32,000 nt of DNA from Pseudodesulfovibrio piezophilus C1TLV30 (lineage in GTDB: Bacteria; Desulfobacterota; Desulfovibrionia; Desulfovibrionales; Desulfovibrionaceae), in contig NC_020409.1 in NCBI RefSeq assembly GCF_000341895.1, positions 60,001 through 92,000 on the forward strand, read 5' to 3'. Positions 9,578-18,580 of the stretch are shown one piece after another (within the stretch, counting starts at the first letter, position 1; every line of letters starts with the position of its first letter). The notes below the pieces were generated by a model. It was given only the letters and a program-made list of their open reading frames with translations, ran no database searches and was not told where the DNA came from. The translations under genes and the position numbers were made by a program.

Positions 9578-9747
9578 AATGTGTCTTGGCTCTGAGTTTC
9601 GGGTAATCGATTATCACCCTGAATAAAGAATAATAATTAATAAGTAATTTAAACAAATGGGTGCGTCAAGGAACCTGTTTATTGCGATGAAAAGCGTTTG
9701 AGAGTACCGTCACTAAATACTTTATATCTCATACTAGAAGGGGTTGC

Positions 9748-10149
9748 ATGCAATATATAGCTTTGTTTGAAAGAGAAAAAAATGGGTATTCTGTGGGTTT
9801 TCCTGATTTTCCAGACTGTACCACATTCGGGGAAAACCTTGATGAAGCGGTTGATCAAGCTCACGAAGCCCTTGCCTTGTTTCTTGAGTTCTTTTTGGAA
9901 GCTGGCAACGAAATGCCGGAGCCAACTGGGAAGAAGGAGCTTATGGCACAGCCTGAGCACAAAGAGAAAAAAGCAATAAACATTGTGGTTGCCGGAGATG
10001 GAAGTGACTTTGAAGATTTTGAGGTGACTATGCATAGCCATCTTTTGGTACGAATTGAGAAGTATTGTCGTCAATATGGGGTTTCTCCTGCTGATTTCTT
10101 TGCGGTGGCATCACGTGAAGCCATAAAAATGGATATTTTTTCGGATTAG
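9748..10149 (+). CDS. HicB-family antitoxin-like protein (UPF0150 N-domain plus C-terminal ribbon-helix-helix)
   Basis: MQYIALFEREKNGYSVGFPDFPDCTTFGENLDEAVDQAHEALALFLE matches the HicB N-domain pattern. The C-terminal LLVRIEKYCRQYGVSPADFFAVASREAI looks like an RHH (ribbon-helix-helix) domain. SD GAAGGGG lies upstream. Confidence 0.7.
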   Translation: MQYIALFEREKNGYSVGFPDFPDCTTFGENLDEAVDQAHEALALFLEFFLEAGNEMPEPTGKKELMAQPEHKEKKAINIVVAGDGSDFEDFEVTMHSHLLVRIEKYCRQYGVSPADFFAVASREAIKMDIFSD

Positions 10150-10201
10150 CCTCTCCCCTGTTTTCTCGCAGACATCGGATGGTGTCATTTCTTAGTATTT
10201 C

Positions 10202-10239
10202 AATGCCTGAATCGCTTTTTGATTCAGGCATTCTTCTTT
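10202..10239 (+). terminator. Rho-independent terminator after the hicB-like gene
   Basis: aatgcctgaatc / gcttttt / gattcaggcatt forms a perfect 12-bp stem followed by cttcttt. Confidence 0.75.
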
Positions 10240-10604
10240 AGTGTGTCGGCTTGATTCTGCATTATTACAATAATGTCAAAAAAAGATTTTATTGCTGGGT
10301 TGCGGCCTTTTCGCTTTTAGTCTACGGTCTCCTGCCGGGCTAAAGGATGATTTTGCACTCTGTGTAGTTGATAGTTCACCTGTCTGATTGCAAAATTGTG
10401 AATTGACTGCGGTGAAGGAGTTGCTTTTAGGGGTGTTTGTCACGACGATGGCAGATAAACTTGAAGGTATTCATGGCTTCGGGAGTGGTTCTATGTGGAT
10501 TGTTGTGTAAAAACAGCATGTTTACCTGTTTGTTGGAAGGGGATTCGTGCTCTGACAATTCCATTCGGACCCTGTAATATTTAACTGTGGAGAGACGAGA
10601 GACC

Positions 10605-11741
10605 ATGTGCCGTTTATTTGCGCTCACAAGCCGCGATCCGGTGTCCCCCATGCTCGCCATCGATGCCCTGAATGTGATGAAGGAAGGGCACGACGGATCG
10701 GGTGTCGGGCTATACCTCAGTGGACTCGGCGGCCCTTTTGAAAAATTGAAAGAGTGTCCCATTCTATCCGGTATCTTTACTGAAGCCGGACTCAATCGCG
10801 TATCTGAATATATGTCGGCGCGTGGATTTGAGGCAGACTATTCAGCCATGTACACTCCTGAGGGAATGCCTCCGGTCGGGACCCCCCGTCGTGGTACCTA
10901 CGCTGCCATGGCATACAAAATGCCCCCCGAGTGGAATGCATTGTCCAAAGATGAAAGAGGACAGCGCCTTGTTCAGGTGCGACTTGATTTACGTGCAGAA
11001 GGTGAAAAGACCGGAGACATCATGGTTTTTTCATTTTGGCCGGATACCATCATGATCAAGGAAGTCGGTGATCCTCTTGCAATAGGCGAGTATTTACAGT
11101 TGGGTCGCGAGGAACTGTATGCAAGGCACATCCTTGCTCAGGGCCGTCAGAATACGAACTACGCTATTAATCTATACGCCTGTCACCCCTTCTTCATTGA
11201 GGGTGTCGGCACCATGACAAACGGAGAGAATACAGCGTTTATTCCCATCAAGGAGTATCTCCAGTCACGTGGCGTCACTGGATATCAGGGCTATCAGTCT
11301 GATTCCGAAGTATTTACCCACATTGCACACTTCACGACAAAGAAACTGGGGCTTGATATCAGCGCCTACAAACACATCATTACTCCAATGAACGATGATG
11401 AAATGGCGGATCATCCAGACCGTGAGCTTCTTTCCAATCTGAAAAAGTCGTGTCGAAAACTGATCATCGATGGCCCCAACTGTGTGATTGGTTGCCTTGA
11501 TGACGGCTCCATGTTCATGGCCCAGGACCGCAAGAAATTGCGTCCGGGTGTTGTCGGGGGCAATCCCGAGATAGGCATGTATGCCTTCTCCTCGGAAATA
11601 TGTGGCCTGAACGCCGCAATTCCCGAACGTGACAGAAGTAAAGATTTTCAACCCATGCATCTCGATACCGCGATCGTCAGACCTGATTGCCGGGAGGTTG
11701 TCCAATGCTCTCAGAAAGACCAATTAGCCCTTCAACGATAG
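10605..11741 (+). CDS. Glutamate synthase, class-II glutamine amidotransferase domain protein (split, archaeal-type GltS)
   Basis: The ATG at 10605 gives MCRLFALT, with the obligatory N-terminal Cys of Ntn amidotransferases. The ORF-track GTG start at 10587 would bury that Cys. It is followed by the FMN and GXGXG domain genes. Confidence 0.8.
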   Translation: MCRLFALTSRDPVSPMLAIDALNVMKEGHDGSGVGLYLSGLGGPFEKLKECPILSGIFTEAGLNRVSEYMSARGFEADYSAMYTPEGMPPVGTPRRGTYAAMAYKMPPEWNALSKDERGQRLVQVRLDLRAEGEKTGDIMVFSFWPDTIMIKEVGDPLAIGEYLQLGREELYARHILAQGRQNTNYAINLYACHPFFIEGVGTMTNGENTAFIPIKEYLQSRGVTGYQGYQSDSEVFTHIAHFTTKKLGLDISAYKHIITPMNDDEMADHPDRELLSNLKKSCRKLIIDGPNCVIGCLDDGSMFMAQDRKKLRPGVVGGNPEIGMYAFSSEICGLNAAIPERDRSKDFQPMHLDTAIVRPDCREVVQCSQKDQLALQR

Positions 11742-13339
11742 GTCTCAAGGATCTGCCTTGGCAGATCAATTGGGATATTCATACTTGCACGAAGTGTGGG
11801 CGTTGTACTTCGGTCTGTCCGGTCAATGCTATTGAACTTGGTGTGTTTCGCAAACGCGAAATCAATGCTCCCATGGGGCTGCAGGCCAAGCCTTCAAACA
11901 CTTTTTCTACTTTTTACGGAATTCGGCAGCGTACCGATCCCGCCTATGCCTGCATAGGGTGCTCCATGTGCAATATGGTGTGTCCTAATAATGCCATCAA
12001 GCCAGAGCGTCAGTACGATTCCACGACACTTCAGTTTCAGAATAATCGTGGTGGGCAGTCTCGTACCCGTGGTGGACGTAGAAATAGCAGTGAAAGTTTA
12101 CTCGACCAGCTTAAGTTTATCCGTATTTCAATGTTGACAGACCCTGCGCTTGATGCGGGCCGTCACGAGTTCGATGTGCGAACGTTGCTTGGACGGGTAC
12201 TGTCTCCCGAAGCACAGATCAAATGTCATCAGGAAAATGGCTGGAAACCGCCTGTGCGCGAAATTTACCCTCTGGTTATCGGAGGTATGTCCTTTGGCGC
12301 ATTGTCCCCGAATATGTGGGAAGGTCTCCAGATGGGCGTGGCGTACCTCAATGAAGAATTGAATATGCCGGTGCGCATCTGTACGGGTGAGGGTGGATGT
12401 CCTCCGCGTTTGTTGCGGTCGAAATTCCTGAAATACGTTATTCTTCAGGTCGCGTCAGGGTACTTTGGTTGGGATGAGATCATTCATGCCATTCCTGAAA
12501 TGAAAGTCGATCCCTGTGCTATTGAGATCAAATACGGACAGGGAGCCAAACCTGGTGATGGCGGACTGCTCATGTGGTACAAAGTCAATAAATTGATCGC
12601 GGCCATTCGCGGTGTCCCCAAGGGAATCAGCCTGCCTAGCCCTCCCACGCATCAGACACAGTACTCCATCGAAGAGTCTGTTGCCAAAATGATTCAATCC
12701 ATGTCCATGGCCTGGGGATTTCGTGTCCCTGTCTATCCGAAAATCTCAGCATCATCGACTTCGCTTGCGGTCCTCAATAACCTTGTCCGTAATCCTTATG
12801 CGGCAGGACTTGCCATTGACGGCGAGGATGGAGGAACCGGAGCGGCCTATAATGTTTCCATGAACCACATGGGACATCCTATCGCATCGAACCTTCGTGA
12901 TTGTTATTCGGCACTCTGTGTTGCCGGTGCCCAGAACGAGATTCCGTTGATTGCAGGTGGAGGGATAGGCAAGCATGGGAACCTGGCGGCAAATGCCGCA
13001 GCATTGATAATGCTGGGTGCCAGTATGGTGCAGATAGGGAAATACGTCATGCAGGCCGGTGCCGGTTGTGTCGGCAGCGAGAAAGATCGTTGCAACGTGT
13101 GCAATATTGGTGTGTGTCCCAAAGGCATCACCTCTCAGGACCCGAGAGTGTATCGCCGTCTGGACCCGGAAAAGGTCGCGGAACGTGTGGTGGATTTCTA
13201 CCTGAGCTTCGATACGGAATTGAGAAAGGTCTTCGCGCCTCTGGGACGTTCAACGTCTCTGCCTATCGGCATGTCCGATGGACTCGGTATCAGCGATAAG
13301 GCCGCTGCCGAACGTCTCGGCATCAAGTACGTGATTTAA
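11705..13339 (+). CDS. Glutamate synthase FMN-binding (central) domain protein with an N-terminal 2x[4Fe-4S] ferredoxin domain
   Basis: CTKCGRCTSVCP and CIGCSMCNMVCP motifs. GltB FMN-domain motifs GGMSFGALS, TGEGG and YGQGAKPGDGG. GGAGG lies 7 nt before the ATG at 11705. The gene overlaps the upstream gene by 37 nt. Confidence 0.85.
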   Translation: MLSERPISPSTIGLKDLPWQINWDIHTCTKCGRCTSVCPVNAIELGVFRKREINAPMGLQAKPSNTFSTFYGIRQRTDPAYACIGCSMCNMVCPNNAIKPERQYDSTTLQFQNNRGGQSRTRGGRRNSSESLLDQLKFIRISMLTDPALDAGRHEFDVRTLLGRVLSPEAQIKCHQENGWKPPVREIYPLVIGGMSFGALSPNMWEGLQMGVAYLNEELNMPVRICTGEGGCPPRLLRSKFLKYVILQVASGYFGWDEIIHAIPEMKVDPCAIEIKYGQGAKPGDGGLLMWYKVNKLIAAIRGVPKGISLPSPPTHQTQYSIEESVAKMIQSMSMAWGFRVPVYPKISASSTSLAVLNNLVRNPYAAGLAIDGEDGGTGAAYNVSMNHMGHPIASNLRDCYSALCVAGAQNEIPLIAGGGIGKHGNLAANAAALIMLGASMVQIGKYVMQAGAGCVGSEKDRCNVCNIGVCPKGITSQDPRVYRRLDPEKVAERVVDFYLSFDTELRKVFAPLGRSTSLPIGMSDGLGISDKAAAERLGIKYVI

Positions 13340-13370
13340 CCATCGAAGTTCAGGATAGACGGAGAATACA

Positions 13371-15701
13371 ATGGCTAAAAGAACACAACACATAGACGGC
13401 TCTGAAGATGGTGTTCGCGTCGAATCGCGAATCCTTGAAGAGCGTATCCAGCGCGCAGTTAAAAATGGTGCGCGTAAGCTGGAGATTGATGCCATGGGCC
13501 AGCATGGCATCGGCGGTAGATTATGGATTTCCAAGGAAGATCCTATTTCCATCACTGTCACTGGCTCACCAGGGCAGCGTATTGGATCAAAGGGATTTCC
13601 CGGCACGACCATCGAAGTCATGGGAAGTATTTCCGATGATGTCGGATGGCTCAATGCCGGTGCCGAAATCATTGTGCATGGAGATGCGAGTAACGGTGCC
13701 TGCAACGCCATGGCTCAGGGCAAGGTCTTTATAGCCGGTAATATCGGTGCCCGTGGCATGACCATGACCAAAACAAACCCTCGATTTGCTCCTCCGGAAC
13801 TCTGGGTTCTCGGGTCAACAGGTGATTATTTCGCCGAGTTCATGGCTGGTGGGACGACTGTCATTTGTGGACATGAGGCTCAAAATCCTAAAAATATTCT
13901 TGGCTACCGTCCGTGTGTCGGCATGGTTGGTGGACGGATTTTTGTTCGCGGCCCTATTGACGGGTTCTCCCAGGCTGATGCCATTATGGAACCCATCAAT
14001 GATGAAACGTGGGCATGGCTGATTGAGAATATGGCCTCTTATCTCAAGAAAATAAAACGCTCCCGATTGTTAAAGAGATTGACCAGACGAGAGGAATGGC
14101 AACTCATCCGAGCTAAGACTCCGTATGAAAAGAAGGGGAAAGTTCGTCCTTCAATGTCGGATTTCCGCGCGAATGTGTGGGATGCAGAACTCGGTCGTGG
14201 GGGGATGATTGGAGATCTGACCGATCTTGATCGATCACCTATTCCACTTATTGTCCACGGAGATTTGCGTCGGAGTATTCCTGTTTGGGAAAATAGGAAG
14301 TATATGGCTCCCTGTCAGTCTAATTGTCCGACCGGTATGCCTGTTCAGGAACGGTGGCGGTTGGTGAGAGATGGTCTTGTTGATGAGGCCGTTGATCTTG
14401 CTTTAGGATATACGCCTTTTCCTGCTACAGTTTGCGGGTATCTTTGCCCGAATCTGTGCATGGAAGGGTGTACTCGCTCAACACAGCAGGGCATGGCCTC
14501 TGTGGATATTACCAAACTCGGTCGAGAGGGAAATAAATCCAAGGCGCCGAAATTGCCGGAGCTGTCAGGAAAGCGGGTTGCCGTCATTGGTGGCGGCCCG
14601 GCCGGGATATCTGTTGCATGGCAGATTCGCATGAAGGGACATGAAGCAGTTGTCTTTGACATGGCTGAAACCCTTGGTGGCAAGATTACCTCATCCATAC
14701 CGTACAGCCGAGTACCTAAGGAAGTGGTTGAAGCAGAAGTTGAGCGGGCAGCCAAGGTTTTACCGCATGTTCATTTGCAGCAGGAACTCAAAGCCACCGA
14801 GTTTGCTGAACTCAAACAAGAGTATGACTACGTTATCCTTGCAACAGGCGCTCAGAAACCTCGCGTCATTCCTGTGCCGGGTCATGAGCGCATTTACCCA
14901 GCTTTGACATTCCTCAAGGATGCCAAGCAAGGAAAAGCGGATATCGGTAAAAAACTCGTGATTATTGGAGCTGGTAATGTTGGTTGTGATGTGGCCACTG
15001 TTGCTGCAGGCGTCGGTGCAGACGATATTACTCTGATTGATATTCAGGAGCCGGCTTCTTTTGGCAAGGAACGCAAGGAGGCTGAAGAGGTCGGAGCGCG
15101 GTTCAAGTGGCCCTGTTTCACCAAGGAAATTACCGAGAAAGGTGTATTGTTGCAGTCTGGTGAGTTGTTGGAGGCAGATACAGTCATCATGTCTATTGGT
15201 GATGCGCCTGACATCGACTTTTTGCCAAGCAATATTGCGCTGGATCGTGGGCATGTTGTGGTTAATGATGATTACCAGACGACAGATTCACAGGTCTTCG
15301 CCATTGGTGATGTGGTACGCCCCGGACTGCTGACGCATGCGATAGGTCATGGACGCCGAGCCGCAGAGGTCATTGATGACCTCTTTAATGGTCGTCGACC
15401 TATGACTGATACCAAGGATATGATTGACTATACTCGCATGACTCTTGAGTACTTTGACCCTCGGGTTATAGAATTCAGTGATATGAATCAGTGTGGAGCA
15501 GAGTGTTCCTCGTGTGGTTCATGTCGGGATTGCTATATTTGTGATACGGTTTGTCCGCAGGCGGCAATCTCTCGAACAGCTCTCGCCAATGGCGGGTTCG
15601 AACGTGTTGTTGATCCTGAAAAATGCATAGCCTGTGGGTTTTGCGCAAATTCCTGTCCCTGTGGTATCTGGGATATGAAGGCTCCTGCCCCCATGGAATA
15701 A
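13371..15701 (+). CDS. Fusion protein: GltS GXGXG (C-terminal) domain, GltD-like FAD/NAD(P)H oxidoreductase and a C-terminal 2x[4Fe-4S] ferredoxin
   Basis: The N-terminal ~250 aa have repeated G-rich beta-helix motifs (GSPGQRIGSKGFPG, VHGDASNGACNAMAQG, FMAGGTTVICG). The centre has GltD-type Cys motifs (CQSNCPTGMP, CGYLCPNLCMEGC) and Rossmann motifs VAVIGGGPAG and LVIIGAGNVGCD. The end carries CSSCGSCRDCYICDTVCP and CIACGFCANSCP. Confidence 0.8.
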   Translation: MAKRTQHIDGSEDGVRVESRILEERIQRAVKNGARKLEIDAMGQHGIGGRLWISKEDPISITVTGSPGQRIGSKGFPGTTIEVMGSISDDVGWLNAGAEIIVHGDASNGACNAMAQGKVFIAGNIGARGMTMTKTNPRFAPPELWVLGSTGDYFAEFMAGGTTVICGHEAQNPKNILGYRPCVGMVGGRIFVRGPIDGFSQADAIMEPINDETWAWLIENMASYLKKIKRSRLLKRLTRREEWQLIRAKTPYEKKGKVRPSMSDFRANVWDAELGRGGMIGDLTDLDRSPIPLIVHGDLRRSIPVWENRKYMAPCQSNCPTGMPVQERWRLVRDGLVDEAVDLALGYTPFPATVCGYLCPNLCMEGCTRSTQQGMASVDITKLGREGNKSKAPKLPELSGKRVAVIGGGPAGISVAWQIRMKGHEAVVFDMAETLGGKITSSIPYSRVPKEVVEAEVERAAKVLPHVHLQQELKATEFAELKQEYDYVILATGAQKPRVIPVPGHERIYPALTFLKDAKQGKADIGKKLVIIGAGNVGCDVATVAAGVGADDITLIDIQEPASFGKERKEAEEVGARFKWPCFTKEITEKGVLLQSGELLEADTVIMSIGDAPDIDFLPSNIALDRGHVVVNDDYQTTDSQVFAIGDVVRPGLLTHAIGHGRRAAEVIDDLFNGRRPMTDTKDMIDYTRMTLEYFDPRVIEFSDMNQCGAECSSCGSCRDCYICDTVCPQAAISRTALANGGFERVVDPEKCIACGFCANSCPCGIWDMKAPAPME

Positions 15702-15721
15702 TTCCATATAGATTGTTTTGT

Positions 15722-15755
15722 AAAGGCGGTAAGATGTTGATCTTACCGCCTTTTT
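15722..15755. terminator. Bidirectional terminator between the glutamate synthase operon and the DUF922 gene
   Basis: aaaggcggtaaga / tgttga / tcttaccgccttt forms a 13-bp perfect stem followed by a T-run. The DUF922 stop codon (15754-15756) abuts the stem. Confidence 0.8.
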
Positions 15756-16344
15756 ATTTAGGGCCGTGGTATTTGTGCTGTTCAAGACCGTGACGTGTGA
15801 TCCGATCATATTCGGCCTGTGAATTTTTCATTTGTCTGATAATGAATCTGGCTCGATTCGTTATGATCTGTTTGGCATTGGAGCAGTTAATGCCTTTGAG
15901 CGCGCGAAGCTTTCTATCCAATTCATGGGCGGCTCGTTTTGAGATATTGCCATGAATCTTTTCATGAATTTCAAATTTTCTGACCTTTTCATTCCACCAT
16001 GTCTGGGTTTGGCTGGACTGAGAGAGGCTGAGTTGAGGGTAGACATAGGTTAATGTTAGAAAAACCTTTACCTTGACGACAGAGCATCGTCCTGCCCGGT
16101 TTCCCCATGTATATTGGTATTTAATGTCCGTTTGAGTATAGGCAGGGTAGTAGTTTTGACCTTTTTTGTGAGGTGAGTTCTTTCGAAGACTCTGAGTGAT
16201 GGCTTTTTTCCCTGTTCCATGAACGGGATAATATTCAGTTTTTTCACTCAATATGACCTCTGCAAAAGCAGGTTGGCTGCAGATCAGTATCAGGATTCCC
16301 AAGAAGAGGGCTTGGAGATTTTTTCCTTTTCGGAGGGTATACAT
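15754..16344 (-). CDS. DUF922 domain protein (predicted secreted Zn-dependent protease)
   Basis: Signal peptide ...LICSQPAFAEV, an HEKIH metal-binding-like motif, and a C-terminal AEYDRITRHGLEQ that matches my memory of the DUF922/COG5661 pattern. Confidence 0.65.
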   Translation of the reverse strand: MYTLRKGKNLQALFLGILILICSQPAFAEVILSEKTEYYPVHGTGKKAITQSLRKNSPHKKGQNYYPAYTQTDIKYQYTWGNRAGRCSVVKVKVFLTLTYVYPQLSLSQSSQTQTWWNEKVRKFEIHEKIHGNISKRAAHELDRKLRALKGINCSNAKQIITNRARFIIRQMKNSQAEYDRITRHGLEQHKYHGPK

Positions 16345-16436
16345 AAAATTATTTCACACCAAAGGGCATGAAATAGCAATAAAGAAGGGCTGTTTTCAGA
16401 GTTGAGCAGCCTTGATAGTCAAGATAATAATCTTGG

Positions 16437-17087
16437 TTACATCGTATTGCAGACAGAACTGTCTTTTTTATTTCGATGTATTTGTCCGCCTGCAACCCTC
16501 ATAAATTCCCGTTTCCGTCTTTCTAATTCTTGATAAGCCAATTCCCTTGATATGTCGGAATAGAGAAAACCGTCGCTGGAAATTTGTTTGGAAAGTTTGT
16601 GGTAGAGAAAGTCAGGATCAATCTCAAAGCGTTCAACGTCCGCATCAAAGCCGGTTTTTGAAAATCTCCACAGCTTGTCGGCATCTCGTACAAGCCCTTC
16701 GTCATTCGAGATGAACCCTTTACGAGTATCATGCTCAGCAATAATCTCGAGAATTTCTTGAACCCAGAGCGGTGTGTAGTCCAAGCTTTCCAGTATGCTT
16801 TTTGCTATGATAACGCCTTCTTCCTGATGCCGCAATCTGACGATCATCTCTTCTTCCGGAGTTGCGTCCGGCTTGAAAACAACCATCCATTCTTCACGAG
16901 CCAATCTGCTCCACCCTGTATCGTGCAAGATGATTGCGGGGAGAACCACATCGGGATTTCCTCCTTCAAGGTCCACAAGCTGTTTTGCGTATTCAAGGGT
17001 AATGAAGGCGTGCCCTGCATCATCACGTTTATCTTGGAAGGGGAGGGCGGTATTCCAGATGGCGGTATGTACTTTTTTCATGGTCAA
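16437..17087 (-). CDS. HD domain-containing phosphohydrolase
   Basis: H...HD signature (GHAFITLEY...AIILHDTGW) and a later AEHDTRKG...DADKL. 216 aa, with no other domain visible. Confidence 0.7.
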   Translation of the reverse strand: MTMKKVHTAIWNTALPFQDKRDDAGHAFITLEYAKQLVDLEGGNPDVVLPAIILHDTGWSRLAREEWMVVFKPDATPEEEMIVRLRHQEEGVIIAKSILESLDYTPLWVQEILEIIAEHDTRKGFISNDEGLVRDADKLWRFSKTGFDADVERFEIDPDFLYHKLSKQISSDGFLYSDISRELAYQELERRKREFMRVAGGQIHRNKKDSSVCNTM

Positions 17088-17340
17088 CGAAAGCTAGGTT
17101 GGATTATTTTATGACTAATATTAATTATTTCAATATGATAGATGCAAAGAATAATGTATTGTGTGTGAAAGATCAGAAACAAATAAATTGGATAAGTTGT
17201 CGTGTCAATCTTTGCTTCTTTCCACTCTTTAGACACATCGCCCGCAAGTCGCAGGCAAGCTCTCTGTTTTCTGGTAATGAGTACTTTTTACAGATTTAAG
17301 GCTTTATTGTGACGTATTAGAAGTAAAATAGGGGGATAGA

Positions 17341-17389
17341 GAATAGAAACAAGGGGAATGTTTTGACGAAGTAGACGAAACATTCCCTT
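17341..17389 (-). terminator. Rho-independent terminator after the TonB2-type operon
   Basis: aaggggaatgtttt (17351-17364) pairs with gaaacattccctt (17377-17389), with one bulged G and a 12-nt loop. On the minus strand it is followed by GTTTCTATTC. It begins 25 nt after the TPR gene stop. Confidence 0.55.
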
Positions 17390-17413
17390 GAGTGACGACT
17401 TGTATACAAGCTA

Positions 17414-18580
17414 TTAATTCTCAATGCTTTGACGAGCTTCAACGATATCGTCAAGTACAGCTAAATAGGAATTGGTTTGATTACGAAATTGTTTGGTGCC
17501 AGCAATCCTTTTGAATTCCTGTCGGGCATGATCCCAGTCTCCACGTTCCCATGCACACAGGGCCAGGTAAAAATGCACTTCGGGAGATTTTTGACTTTCC
17601 TTTATTGAGCCGAGAACGCGTTCTGCCTCGTCAAACCGACGCGAATGAAAAAGGATTCGTGCTTTGGCCAAGGTTCCGGTTGTATTGGTACTGTATTTAC
17701 TGGCGTAGTCCACGGCCTGCTCAACACGGCCGGCTGAAGCCAGAAGAGCAGCGACCTTAAGTGCGTTTTCCTGGCTAGGAGAAGCTCCGTATGCTCGTTG
17801 AAGGGTTTGGGCAGCCATGAGAGTTGCTCCTTGATAACGGTATATGGAAGCGAGCCGTTCAAGATCCTGTGTGGAATGGGTGCCTTGTCGGTAGGCTATT
17901 TCCAAAGAAGCTGCGGCTTTGGCGTATTCTTCTTTGTCGAGATATAGTTTAGCAAGCAACTTCCAGTAGTCCGATTCTTCGGGGCTGACACTCAGGAATG
18001 TTATGAGCATCGATTCGGCCTGTTTTTGCCGATGTGCTCCGAGAAGTGCATGAACGGCAAGCCGGACCCATTCCACTCGTGGAGAAGGTGATTCTTTGAT
18101 GAGGAAAGTCATGACTCGAGCCGATTTATCAAACTTCTTACCCTGATAGTATGCTGAGCCTGCCTGATAGAGAAATTCTGGTTTTTTTTCTTTTTGCACG
18201 CGATAGGTTTTTTCCAGAAGCTTGCCGGCTTCGGTGAATTGCTTCAGTTCATAATAAACAATTCCGAGATTCAGATTGAGATATTCATTGTCAGGATAGA
18301 GAGTAAGGCCTTCTTGAAAAGGGAGTAGAGCCTGTTGCATTTTTTGGGCCTGATAAAGTGCTCCTCCTTGTGCAATGTAGACTTCGGCAGAGATCGTTTC
18401 CCGGGTGGTCTTACGATATTGCGCTATCAGTTCTGCTGCCTCGACATACTGTTTTTTATCCATCAGTATTTCAGCTTGGACAAGTGTCTGGCGCGCTTCC
18501 GGGGGGATTTTTGCTTCACTCTGGGAAGGCGTGAGGATCCATAAAGTTATAAAAATTATTGTTATTATTAAGTATTTCAT
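17414..18580 (-). CDS. Secreted TPR-repeat protein, last gene of the TonB2-type operon (TtpD-like)
   Basis: Signal peptide MKYLIITIIFITLWILTPSQSEA, then repeated A/Y/L TPR-like helices throughout. ATGA overlap with the tonB stop (18577-18580). Confidence 0.7.
   Translation of the reverse strand: MKYLIITIIFITLWILTPSQSEAKIPPEARQTLVQAEILMDKKQYVEAAELIAQYRKTTRETISAEVYIAQGGALYQAQKMQQALLPFQEGLTLYPDNEYLNLNLGIVYYELKQFTEAGKLLEKTYRVQKEKKPEFLYQAGSAYYQGKKFDKSARVMTFLIKESPSPRVEWVRLAVHALLGAHRQKQAESMLITFLSVSPEESDYWKLLAKLYLDKEEYAKAAASLEIAYRQGTHSTQDLERLASIYRYQGATLMAAQTLQRAYGASPSQENALKVAALLASAGRVEQAVDYASKYSTNTTGTLAKARILFHSRRFDEAERVLGSIKESQKSPEVHFYLALCAWERGDWDHARQEFKRIAGTKQFRNQTNSYLAVLDDIVEARQSIEN

Noticed and set aside
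10273-10320. A 15-codon ORF, MSKKDFIAGLRPFRF, just after the hicB terminator, considered as a decayed hicA.
   Set aside because: It is too short and has no GSH-type HicA motif in any continuing frame. The resemblance is limited to a Lys-rich N-terminus.
10240-10604. A 365-nt untranslated region upstream of the glutamate synthase operon, checked for a glutamine (glnA-type) riboswitch, a sigma-54 -24/-12 element and NtrC-like palindromes.
   Set aside because: I found no ACGGAAGUAG-type riboswitch core and no GG-N10-GC element with acceptable flanks. The nearest, TGGCAGATAAACTTGA, has wrong spacing and GA instead of GC. It is probably an ordinary promoter or leader, but covariance-model scanning would be needed to be sure.
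17399-17410. A perfect 12-bp palindrome, CTTGTATACAAG, 4 nt downstream of the TPR gene stop.
   Set aside because: It is a single copy with no loop for a hairpin, no repeat elsewhere in the window and no adjacent promoter. It is likely incidental.
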